DNA from: Myxococcota bacterium
Lineage (GTDB): Bacteria > Myxococcota > XYA12-FULL-58-9 > JABJBS01
Length of the DNA: 64,000 bases
Direction of reading: 5' to 3'
NCBI GenBank assembly: GCA_036230545.1
Contig: JAZAIZ010000350.1
Span: 653-64,652, forward strand
The notes below the pieces were generated by a model, which ran no database searches, was not told where the DNA came from, and was given only the letters and a program-made list of their open reading frames with translations. Shown piece after piece: positions 37,530-46,367 of this stretch (the first letter of the stretch is position 1; each line of letters opens with the position of its first letter). The position numbers were made by a program, and so were the translations under genes.

Positions 37530-38663
37530 GTGATCTATTTGGACTACAACGCGACGACCCCGCTTCGGCCGGAGGCGCTCCTGGCCATGGAGGCTTTTGT
37601 CCAATTTCCCGGAAACCCCTCCAGCCCACATCGGTGGGGGCAGCGGGCCCGGGTGGAGATCGATGAGGTCCGTTTGGCGCTCAAGGAGCTGGTGGGGACC
37701 TGCAGCGGGGAGGTCATTTTTACCTCCGGGGGCACTGAGGCCGACAACCTCGCCATGACGTGCTGGGTGGAGGAGGGGCTGGCCCGGGGGCGCCACCGGG
37801 TGGTGATGGCCCCCATTGAGCACCCGGCGGTGGTGGAATCGGCTGAGGCTCTGGAGAGGCTGGGGGCGCAAATTGAGATGGCGCCGGTGAGCGCGTCGGG
37901 GCGGGTAGATCTTGAGGCGATGGCGGGCATGTTGGATGAGAAGGTGTCGGTGGTGGCGCTGATGCTGGCCAACAACGAGACCGGGGTGGTGCAGCCGGTG
38001 CAGGAGGTGGCGGCGCTGGCGCAGAAGCATGGCGCGCGGATTCACTGTGATGGGGTGCAGGGCACCGGCAAAATTCAGATCGACTTTGACTCCCTCGGAA
38101 TCGACAGCTTCGCCTTGTCGGGGCACAAATTTGGCGGGCCTAAGGGAGTTGGAGCCCTGGTGATTCAAAAGGGGGCTCCGGTGAAGCCCCTCTGGGGCGG
38201 CGGCGGACAGGAAGAGGGCCGACGGCCAGGGACCGAGGCAGCGGCGCTGATTGTGGGCATGGGGGCGGCGGCGCGAGCGGCGTTGAGCCACCTTAACGCT
38301 GAGGGAGCGAGCTCTGAGAGTCGTGACCGCTTCGAGGCCGGTGTGGCCCTGATGGAGGGCACAAGCGTTGTGGGGGCAGAGGCTCCGCGGCTCCCCACGA
38401 CCTCCTCGGTGTGTTTTCACGGGCGGCGTTCCCATCAGGTGGTGGCGGCCCTGGACGCGGTGGGGGTCTGTGTGAGTGGCGGCGCAGCCTGTCATTCGGG
38501 AGAGGCGGCGCCTTCGAAGACGCTCTTGGCCATGGGCCTCTCGGCTGAGGACGCCAGCGGGACGGTGCGCTTCTCCTTTGGGGCAGAGACCACCCTGGAG
38601 GAGGTTGACGAGGTGTTGGAGCGCCTGGGCAGGGTTTTAAACGAGATGAGGATGAAGCGATGA
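37530..38663 (+). CDS. iscS: Cysteine desulfurase (IscS/NifS family, PLP-dependent)
   Basis: GTG start. IYLDYNATTP N-terminus, PLP lysine region (SGHKFGGPKGVGAL) and catalytic-Cys loop (SGGAACHSGE). Confidence 0.9.
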   Translation: MIYLDYNATTPLRPEALLAMEAFVQFPGNPSSPHRWGQRARVEIDEVRLALKELVGTCSGEVIFTSGGTEADNLAMTCWVEEGLARGRHRVVMAPIEHPAVVESAEALERLGAQIEMAPVSASGRVDLEAMAGMLDEKVSVVALMLANNETGVVQPVQEVAALAQKHGARIHCDGVQGTGKIQIDFDSLGIDSFALSGHKFGGPKGVGALVIQKGAPVKPLWGGGGQEEGRRPGTEAAALIVGMGAAARAALSHLNAEGASSESRDRFEAGVALMEGTSVVGAEAPRLPTTSSVCFHGRRSHQVVAALDAVGVCVSGGAACHSGEAAPSKTLLAMGLSAEDASGTVRFSFGAETTLEEVDEVLERLGRVLNEMRMKR

Positions 38664-39754
38664 GAGTTGTTGTAGCCATGAGCGGTGGGGTTGATTCGAG
38701 CGCGGTCGCGGCCCTCTTGAAAGAGCAGGGGCACGACGTGATTGGGCTGGCCATGAAGACCCACAGCTCTTCGCCCAAGGCCAATCGGGCCTGCTGCACC
38801 CCGGACGATATGCGGGACGCGCGCAAGGTGGCCGATTTGCTCGATATCCCCTTTTATGTGCTGAACTACGAGAAGGTTTTCGAGGAGGAGATCATCAAGC
38901 CCTTCGCGGAGGCCTACCTCTCCGGCAAGACCCCCAACCCCTGCGTGGATTGCAACTACAAGGTCAAGTTTCGTCCTTTGCTTGAGCGGGCAAGGCTTCT
39001 TGGGGCGGAGAAACTGGCCACCGGGCATTATGCCCGCATCGATCAGGAGGGGGACCTGCATCGACTGCGACGGGGGGTGGATGCTCAGAAAGACCAGAGC
39101 TACTTTTTGTACCGACTGCATCAGGAGCAACTCCAGGAGCTGTGGTTTCCCCTCGGCGGAATGAACAAGGCTGAGGTGCGGGAGCACGCTCGTCGCCTGG
39201 GGCTTCCCCTGGCCGACAAGCAGGAGAGCCAGGAGATCTGTTTTGTGGGGGCGGAGGGCTACGCGGCCACGGTGGAGAAGATCTCCGGGCGGCGTGGGAA
39301 AGCGGGACGGCTTGTGGATCCGCAAGGAAAGACCCTGGGTGTCCACGAGGGGATTCATCGTTATACGATCGGTCAGCGGCGGGGGCTGGGCATTGCGGCC
39401 TCGCACCCGCTCTATGTGACGGAGATCAACCCTGAGAGTGGAGACATCACCGTTGGCCCGGTGGACGGGCTCTTGACCGAGTTTATTCTGGTGGAGAATG
39501 TGATCTGGCTGGGGAAACGACCCGAGGAGAACGAGGAGCTGCTGGTGCAGCAGCGCTACCGCGGGAAGCCTCAGCGCGTGCGGGTGGGGCACCAGGGGGA
39601 CGGGCGCGTGAAGCTCTCGTTTGTGGAGCCGGAGCCCGCCGGGGCCGCGGGGCAGGCGGCGGTGATTTATCGTGACGACGCCGTGGTGGGAGGCGGGGTG
39701 ATTTCACCGCGCTCGGCCCATCGCGCGCTGCCCTTGCTGCAGGGAGTCGGGTGA
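38660..39754 (+). CDS. mnmA: tRNA-specific 2-thiouridylase MnmA
   Basis: PP-loop VVVAMSGGVDSS and catalytic Cys context (NPCVDCN). ATGA overlap with iscS. Confidence 0.9.
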   Translation: MRVVVAMSGGVDSSAVAALLKEQGHDVIGLAMKTHSSSPKANRACCTPDDMRDARKVADLLDIPFYVLNYEKVFEEEIIKPFAEAYLSGKTPNPCVDCNYKVKFRPLLERARLLGAEKLATGHYARIDQEGDLHRLRRGVDAQKDQSYFLYRLHQEQLQELWFPLGGMNKAEVREHARRLGLPLADKQESQEICFVGAEGYAATVEKISGRRGKAGRLVDPQGKTLGVHEGIHRYTIGQRRGLGIAASHPLYVTEINPESGDITVGPVDGLLTEFILVENVIWLGKRPEENEELLVQQRYRGKPQRVRVGHQGDGRVKLSFVEPEPAGAAGQAAVIYRDDAVVGGGVISPRSAHRALPLLQGVG

Positions 39755-39755
39755 G

Positions 39756-40481
39756 ATGAGTGAAGTCCGCACAACCGTGACCCCTCTGGAAGAGCGTTTG
39801 GGGTACACCTTTGCCGAGCCGTCCCTCCTGAGGGAGGCCATGACCCACTCCACCTATGCCAACGAGAATCGGGATGGCGGTGGGCACAACGAGCGCCTCG
39901 AGTTTGTGGGGGACGCGGTGCTGGACGTGTTGGTGGCCCAGCAGCTCTTTGTTGCTTACCCGGAGGCGCCCGAGGGGGAGCTGAGCCGACGTCGGGCGCG
40001 GGTTGTAAGGAGAGACGCTCTCGCGGCCCAGGCCACAGCGCTGGAGCTTGAGGGGGAGCTGCGGGTGGGGCAAGGGCAGAGAACCCTGGAGGGGGGGATC
40101 ACAAAGAGCCTCCTCGCGGATGCTTACGAGGCCCTGGTGGGGGCGGTTTATCTCGACGGCGGCTTCGGGGCGGTGGAGGCGACCTTTGGTGAGGCCATGG
40201 AGGCTTCCATTGAGCGAGCCACTGACACGCTGGACTTCAAGACCGAGTTGCAACAGCGCTGCCACCGGGTGGGGGCGTCGGTGCCGGAGTACAGGGTCCT
40301 TGAGGTAGAAGGACCGGACCACGCGCGGGTGTTTACCTGCGGGGTGTGGATTGATGACATGCAGCGTGGGGTGGGCAAAGACACGAGTAAAAAGAGCGCG
40401 GAGCAGATCGCGGCGAAGCAGGCCATGGAGTCCTTGCCGGAGCCATCCAAGACTAACGACGCTAAAGGTGAAGCAAGCTGA
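39756..40481 (+). CDS. rnc: Ribonuclease III
   Basis: RNase III signature ERLEFVGDAVLD and a C-terminal dsRBD (GPDHARVFTCGVWI). Confidence 0.9.
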   Translation: MSEVRTTVTPLEERLGYTFAEPSLLREAMTHSTYANENRDGGGHNERLEFVGDAVLDVLVAQQLFVAYPEAPEGELSRRRARVVRRDALAAQATALELEGELRVGQGQRTLEGGITKSLLADAYEALVGAVYLDGGFGAVEATFGEAMEASIERATDTLDFKTELQQRCHRVGASVPEYRVLEVEGPDHARVFTCGVWIDDMQRGVGKDTSKKSAEQIAAKQAMESLPEPSKTNDAKGEAS

Positions 40482-41470
40482 TGAGTGAAGAGACTATTGA
40501 AGACATGTTGGAGGAGTTCCTTGGGAGCACCGAAAAGAAGGCCACCCCCGAAGATTTTCGTTCGGGGTTTGTGGCGCTGGTGGGGCGACCGAACGCGGGC
40601 AAATCCACCCTGGTGAACTCCCTGCTGGGGGAGAAGGTGGCTATCACAAGCCCCAAGCCTCAGACCACGCGGACCCGCATTCGGGGGATTATAAATCGTC
40701 CGGACGCGCAGGTGGTGGTGGTGGACACCCCCGGATTTTGTGACAACACCAATCCCCTGCGCAAGGCCATGCGCAAGACCGCGGGGACTACCCCGGCGGA
40801 TTGTGATTTGACGGTGTTGGTGTTTGAAGTGAAAAACACCACCGCAGAGCCCGAGCTTGATGAGGTCGACCAGGTTATTCTCGACGCCGCCCGGCGCTCG
40901 GAAGGTGGGGTCCTTGTGGCCCTGAACAAGCTCGACCGGCTCGACCAGAAGGAGTTGCTGCTGCCTTGGATTCAACTCTTCGCAGCCCAGGAGGGGGTGT
41001 CGGCGGTGGTTCCGATCTCAGCCCTTAAACGGGATGGGTTGGAGATGCTCGAGGAGGAGCTCGTCAAGCGCCTTCCCTTGGGGGAGCCTTTGTTTCCGCA
41101 GGATATGCACACCGATCAGACCGAGCGGAACCTCTGTGAGGAGTTGATTCGGGAACAGCTCTTGATGCAGACCCAGGAGGAGGTTCCCCACGGAGTCGCC
41201 GTGGTGATTGAGTCCTTTCAGGATGAGCGCCGCGATGATGGGGGGCTGGTGCGGATTGAAGGTCGCATTTATGTCGAGCGGGAGTCCCAGAAGGGGATCG
41301 TCGTGGGCAGAAAGGGAGCACGCATTCGCTCCATTAGCGAGAAGGCCCGCCTCTCCATTGAGAGGGCGCTGGGCTCGAAAGTCTTTTTACGCATGCAGGT
41401 GGCAGTGGACAAGGCCTGGACGGCCCGCATGGAATCTGTCCAGCGCTATGGCATTGGAACCGAGGAATAA
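40481..41470 (+). CDS. era: GTPase Era
   Basis: G1 GRPNAGKST, G3 DTPG and G4 NKLD, plus a C-terminal KH domain (VVGRKGARIRSI). 1-nt overlap with the rnc stop. Confidence 0.95.
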   Translation: MSEETIEDMLEEFLGSTEKKATPEDFRSGFVALVGRPNAGKSTLVNSLLGEKVAITSPKPQTTRTRIRGIINRPDAQVVVVDTPGFCDNTNPLRKAMRKTAGTTPADCDLTVLVFEVKNTTAEPELDEVDQVILDAARRSEGGVLVALNKLDRLDQKELLLPWIQLFAAQEGVSAVVPISALKRDGLEMLEEELVKRLPLGEPLFPQDMHTDQTERNLCEELIREQLLMQTQEEVPHGVAVVIESFQDERRDDGGLVRIEGRIYVERESQKGIVVGRKGARIRSISEKARLSIERALGSKVFLRMQVAVDKAWTARMESVQRYGIGTEE

Positions 41471-41472
41471 TC

Positions 41473-42915
41473 ATGAGCACCCAGCCTCCATTAATTGCCC
41501 TGGTGGGTCGGCCCAACGTTGGGAAATCCACTCTTTTTAATCGAATGGTCGGTCGTCGCACCGCGCTGGTGATGGATCTGCCGGGGGTTACCCGCGACCG
41601 CATCTTTGGAGAGACCGAGCGGGAAGGGCGCGTCTTTCGGGTGGTGGACACCGGCGGTCTTGAGATGAACTCCGGGGACGTCTTTCTTGAGAATATGCGC
41701 CAGCAGACCCAACTCGCCATCGAGGAGGCGGATTTAATCGCCCTTGTGTTTGACGGCGCGGCGGGAGTTCAGCCCTCGGACCACGAGGTGGTGCAGTGGG
41801 TACGTCGTTCGGGGAAGGCGGTGATGGGCATCGTGAACAAGCTGGATTTAGTTCAGCACGATGAGCGCATTCATGAGTTTTATGAACTCGGGCTTGAGTG
41901 TGTTGTGGGGGTGAGCGGCGAGCATGGGCGGGGCTTTGGGGACGTGATTGACGCGATTTTGGAGCGGGTGGACGCGCCCCTTGAGGAAGAGTGCGATGGA
42001 GCGATGGCGCCCCTTGAGGTGGATGAGACCCGGGAGATGCCAGAAGGGGCCAACTCGCGGATTGAGTGGGCCGGGGAGCCGATTCGAGTGGCTGTGATTG
42101 GTCGGCCCAACGCAGGCAAGTCGAGCTTGATTAACCAGTTGCTGGGTGAAGAGCGCCTCCTGACAACGGCCATGGCGGGGACGACCCGGGATTCGGTGGA
42201 CGCGACCCTTGAGGTGGATGGGCAGGAGTTTGTGTTTGTGGACACCGCCGGGATTCGACGCAAACGCTCCATTGGTGACCAATTGGAGCGCTTCTCGGTG
42301 GTGGCGGCGGTTCGGAGCATGGAGAAGGCGGACGTGGCCCTGATGGTGCTGGACGCCAACGAGCCTCCCTCGGACCAGGATGCCAAGATAGTGGCTCTGG
42401 CTCACGAGCGTGGGAAGGGCATCCTCCTGGTGGCCAACAAATGGGATCTAATCGATGGGCAGGAGCCCGGTGACAAGTACATGGAGAGCCTGGACAAGCG
42501 CATCACCTTTTTGGATTATGCGCCGGTGCTGCGGGTGTCAGCGAAGACCGGCAGGAGCGTTCGGAAGATTTTTCAGCGGGTGATTGATATTCAGAAAGAG
42601 CGTCACCGGCGGGTGGGGACTTCGGAGCTGAACCGCTACTTCAAAGACGTGATTGAGAGTCTGGAGCCGGCCTCCCGCGGTGGGAAGCGGCCTCGGATTT
42701 ATTATGTCAGCCAGCCGATGGTTCGGCCGCCGACCTTTGTGTTTATGAGCAAATACCCCGAGGTTATTCGTGACTCCTACAAGCGCTACTTGAGCAACGC
42801 CCTGCGGGATCGCTATGGCTTTGAGGGGACCCCTATCTGGTTGAAGTTTCGGACACACAGCAAGTCTCGTCCGGGCTATGGGGGGTTGAATAAAGCTCGC
42901 GAGAAAGAGAAGTAG
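41473..42915 (+). CDS. der: Ribosome biogenesis GTPase Der (EngA), double GTPase domains + KH-like domain
   Basis: Two G domains (GRPNVGKSTLFN...DTGG...NKLD and GRPNAGKSSLIN...DTAG...NKWD) and a C-terminal KH-like region. Confidence 0.95.
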   Translation: MSTQPPLIALVGRPNVGKSTLFNRMVGRRTALVMDLPGVTRDRIFGETEREGRVFRVVDTGGLEMNSGDVFLENMRQQTQLAIEEADLIALVFDGAAGVQPSDHEVVQWVRRSGKAVMGIVNKLDLVQHDERIHEFYELGLECVVGVSGEHGRGFGDVIDAILERVDAPLEEECDGAMAPLEVDETREMPEGANSRIEWAGEPIRVAVIGRPNAGKSSLINQLLGEERLLTTAMAGTTRDSVDATLEVDGQEFVFVDTAGIRRKRSIGDQLERFSVVAAVRSMEKADVALMVLDANEPPSDQDAKIVALAHERGKGILLVANKWDLIDGQEPGDKYMESLDKRITFLDYAPVLRVSAKTGRSVRKIFQRVIDIQKERHRRVGTSELNRYFKDVIESLEPASRGGKRPRIYYVSQPMVRPPTFVFMSKYPEVIRDSYKRYLSNALRDRYGFEGTPIWLKFRTHSKSRPGYGGLNKAREKEK

Positions 42916-42922
42916 ACCACGG

Positions 42923-42952
42923 GCCGGGGAATCGACCCGGCTCGTCTTTTTT
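42923..42952. terminator. Rho-independent terminator between convergent der and rne
   Basis: Hairpin gccggg-gaatcga-cccggc (6-bp GC stem, 7-nt loop) followed by tcgtctttttt. The complementary strand carries an A-run, so a one-sided or bidirectional role is possible. Confidence 0.55.
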
Positions 42953-43044
42953 GGGGGGATTTTTTCGGGGAGAATTCTAGAGAGAAGAGGGCGACGCGGG
43001 AAGGAGCTCAAGCGACCTTGAGCTCCTCGTGCGTGAGGACCCTT

Positions 43045-45057
43045 TTAACCCCCAAACATCCGTTTGAAGAAGCCAAGTACTTTGTTTTCCTGGGCTTTTG
43101 GGGGCATGGCTGGGGTTGGTTGCTGTGGTGCGGTGGCGCCGACTTTGGCCGCGGCGTTTTGCGGGCGACGGTTTTGTTGCCCACGTCCGCCTCGTTGTCT
43201 TCGTTGCCCACCGCGCTGACCCTGACGGTCACTCTGGCGGTCACGTTCGCCCTGGGTTTGGCGCTCGCCCTGTGGACGCTGATCGTCTTCTCCGCCTCGA
43301 CGGTTGCGACCGCCCCGGCGACCCCGGCGTCGCTTGTTGTTGGAGCGGGTGCTCTCCTCTTCTTCTTCCTCGGCGCGGAAGTAGCCCAGTCTGGCGGGGG
43401 TGATGAACTTGAACGCGGGGAGATCGTAATCGGTCTTGTCGGTGTTACGCATATCGTTGAGGTCTCCGTCTTCACTCTGTTGTTCTTTACGGGCCTTGAC
43501 CTTTTTGGGGTCAATGAGGTTTCCATCTTCGTCGAAGACGGGCGCGGGTCCGAAGTTAGGTGCTTCGGGCTCCACCACCACGGCCTTGGGATCGGTCTCA
43601 AAGGTGAAGTCATCCTGTCCGGGGGACATGGTTTGGTTAATTTGAATGTCTATGCGGATTTGCTGCCGCTCTTCGATGTCTTTAACCGCAGGCCACATGT
43701 CGGTGCGAAGCAGGTTGGCCGCCTGGGGCTCAACCTGAACCCGAGCGGAGAGGAGGTCTCCCCGTGAAGCGCGGTCCCTGAGATTGCGAAGGATGGCGAT
43801 GGCGTGGGCCTCGGGGTTGAGGATGTGCCCGGTGCCCTTGCAGATGGCGCAGCGGCGGAACATGCTGGATTGAACCGAGGTGCGGATGCGCTGCCGGGTT
43901 AACTCCAGGGTGCCATTGCGGGAGATGCGACCCACCTTAATGCGGGCCTGGTCGGCTTTGAGAGCTTCCCGGAGGACTTTCTCTACGCGCATCTGGTTTT
44001 TTCGCTGGTTCATATCGATGAAGTCGATGACGATGATGCCGCCTAAATCTCTCAGGCGGAGCTGTCGCGCCACTTCGCGGGCTGCGGCCATGTTGGTTTT
44101 GGCGGCGGTGTCCTCGTGGGTGCCCGATTTTTGCTTGCCGGAGTTGACGTCGATGGAGACGAGGGCCTCGGTGGGCTCAATCACCAGGGAGCTGCCCGCG
44201 GGCAGGGTGACCTTGGGCTGATAGATGGCCTCGAGCTGCTCTTCAACCCCATAGTGGTGGAAGATGGGCCGACGCTCGACGTAGCGGGTCAGGACGCTCT
44301 TCTGGTTGGGCATGACCATGTGCATGTATTCTGCCGCGCGGTCGTAAGCCTCATCAGAATCCACAATAATTTCATCAACTTCTTCGGAGAAGTAGTCTCG
44401 CAGAGAGCGAATCACCACGTCCTGCTCTTTAAAGATGAGCGCGGGCACTTTGGCTTTTTTGGACTCGTTTTGGATGTTGGTCCAGAGACGCTGAAGCACC
44501 TTCAGGTCACGGCTCAGATCCTGGCGAGTGCGGTCTTTGCCCGCAGTGCGGATGATGACCCCCATGCCCTCGGGGATGTCGAGCATCTCGGTGGCTTCGC
44601 GGATCTTCTTGCGCTCTTCTTCGTTTTCGATCTTGCGGGAGATCCCCTGTCGCGCCGAGTCGGGCATCAGCACCACGTAGCGCCCGGCCAGGGAGAGGTG
44701 CGTGGTGAGCACGGCCCCTTTAACTCCAACCTCATCTTTGTTGATCTGAACCAGGAGCTCCTGCTTGGGCCGCAGCAGCTCGTCGATGTTGTAAGTCTTG
44801 GTGGGGTCAAGGTTTTTCTTGTAGGAGAGCCGGGGGTCGACGTCCGTGGCGGTGAGAAACCCCTGTTTGTCGGCGCCATAATTAACAAAGGCCGCGTTTA
44901 ATGCGGGCTCCACTGCAACAACTTTTGCGTTGTAGATATTTCCTTTGTTTTTCTCTGAACCCCTTGATTCTATGTCAAAATCTTCGAGAACAGGCCCTTC
45001 CAGAACCGCGATGCGAACCTCTTCGGCGTCCATCGCGTTGATAATCATTTTTCGCAT
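43045..45057 (-). CDS. rne: Ribonuclease E (Rne/Rng family) with short Arg/Gly/Gln-rich low-complexity C-terminal tail
   Basis: N-terminus MRKMIINAMDAEEVRIAVLEG and the S1/DNase I-like catalytic domain. The Zn-link CPxCxGxG is present as CAICKGTG. The C-terminal roughly 130 aa are RRGRRGGRNRRGGEDDQRPQGERQTQGERDRQ repeats. Confidence 0.9.
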   Translation of the reverse strand: MRKMIINAMDAEEVRIAVLEGPVLEDFDIESRGSEKNKGNIYNAKVVAVEPALNAAFVNYGADKQGFLTATDVDPRLSYKKNLDPTKTYNIDELLRPKQELLVQINKDEVGVKGAVLTTHLSLAGRYVVLMPDSARQGISRKIENEEERKKIREATEMLDIPEGMGVIIRTAGKDRTRQDLSRDLKVLQRLWTNIQNESKKAKVPALIFKEQDVVIRSLRDYFSEEVDEIIVDSDEAYDRAAEYMHMVMPNQKSVLTRYVERRPIFHHYGVEEQLEAIYQPKVTLPAGSSLVIEPTEALVSIDVNSGKQKSGTHEDTAAKTNMAAAREVARQLRLRDLGGIIVIDFIDMNQRKNQMRVEKVLREALKADQARIKVGRISRNGTLELTRQRIRTSVQSSMFRRCAICKGTGHILNPEAHAIAILRNLRDRASRGDLLSARVQVEPQAANLLRTDMWPAVKDIEERQQIRIDIQINQTMSPGQDDFTFETDPKAVVVEPEAPNFGPAPVFDEDGNLIDPKKVKARKEQQSEDGDLNDMRNTDKTDYDLPAFKFITPARLGYFRAEEEEEESTRSNNKRRRGRRGGRNRRGGEDDQRPQGERQTQGERDRQSDRQGQRGGQRRQRGGRGQQNRRPQNAAAKVGATAPQQPTPAMPPKAQENKVLGFFKRMFGG

Positions 45058-45587
45058 GACTTGAGATACCTAAATTTAAGTGTAGCCAGGCTGCGTCGAG
45101 CAACGCGCCAGAGGCTGAATGAAATGGGGTGTCACCGGAGGTGCTATGTTGAGGAGTCATTCTTTTGCCTGTATGCAGAAAGTTATGAATGGAACACTCT
45201 CACGCGCTTGCTCGAGAAGTCGTTCAACTCCGTGACATTCTTGTAAAAGTCGCTGATGCGTCTTAGTCGCGCCCGGCGTTTTAAGAGGTCAGCCGGCGCG
45301 GATGACAACACATCATGCGCTTGTAGTCCTTAATCACTACTCTTTAGTCTGCCGTAGTACAAGGTCTTAGGGAAGTTTTTTGCCAGCGGGACCCGGTGGA
45401 TTGGGGGCGAAAAGGCCGTGATTTTCTCTTGAAGGCGCCGCCTCGTTATGCGATTCAACAGCGCTGTGGGTCTCCGGCGCCGAGTCCGGTGCCCGTGTGT
45501 CGAGGGAGTGAGGCCGTGGGTTAAGGACACTCTTGTTTTGTTTTTTTAATATTCTTCCATAGTTAGGCTGACTTTAAGGTAATCGTT

Positions 45588-46367
45588 ATGAGCAAAAAAA
45601 AGAAGATCTCCCGCAAAGAATTGCTGCGGCAGGACGACGCTTTTATTCAGGCGGCGAACCAAAGCGCCGAGTGGTTTAAAGAAAATCAGACCACTATCAC
45701 GGCGGCCACAGTGGCGGTGATTGTCGGCATTCTGGCGACCTGGGGAGGGATCCTCTACGCCGAGGAGCAGAATCGGGCCGCTTCGGCCCAGCTAATGGAG
45801 GCCTTCGCCATCTACGATGCGGCGGTGGTGGACGAGTCCACCGGTGACGCAGCAGATCCTTCGGCGACCCCCCCGACTTTTTCCGATGACAAGGCCAAGT
45901 GGAACGCCGCGCGGGACGCCTTTGGGGCGTTGAGCGAGAGCGCCGGGGGCGGGTTGAACGCGGTGATTCGCTTCTATGAGGCAGATCTTAACGAACGACT
46001 GGGGGATGATGCGGCGGCTATCACGGGCTTTAAGGCCCTTGCCAACGAGCTCTCCAACACCGACTCCCTCTATTTTCTGGCGGTGGAGCGCCTGGGCTAC
46101 CTGCAGGAGACCCAGGGGAAGTCTGCCGAGGCCATCGCGACCTACCAGCGTTTGCAGAGCAAAGACGGGTTTTACGCCGATTACGCGGGCTTTCATCTGG
46201 CCAGATTGCACCTCGCAGGGGGCAATGAGGGCGAGGCGCGGCGTCTGCTTGAGCGCATTGAGGCCGACTTCCCGGAGTCCTCGATTTTGCCGGACGTGAA
46301 GAACCGTCTTGATCAGATTGGCCGCAGCGCTGACCTGGCCAGCGCAGAAGGAAAGACGGGCGAGTGA
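45588..46367 (+). CDS. YfgM-like inner-membrane-anchored TPR-like protein
   Basis: N-terminal basic region, a single TM (ITAATVAVIVGILATWGGIL) and a C-terminal TPR-like helical domain. It sits immediately upstream of, and overlaps, the BamB-like gene, as does E. coli yfgM-bamB. Confidence 0.65.
   Translation: MSKKKKISRKELLRQDDAFIQAANQSAEWFKENQTTITAATVAVIVGILATWGGILYAEEQNRAASAQLMEAFAIYDAAVVDESTGDAADPSATPPTFSDDKAKWNAARDAFGALSESAGGGLNAVIRFYEADLNERLGDDAAAITGFKALANELSNTDSLYFLAVERLGYLQETQGKSAEAIATYQRLQSKDGFYADYAGFHLARLHLAGGNEGEARRLLERIEADFPESSILPDVKNRLDQIGRSADLASAEGKTGE

Noticed and set aside
43018-43767. 249-aa plus-strand ORF
   Set aside because: Antisense to the repetitive C-terminal tail of rne; repeat-driven open frame.
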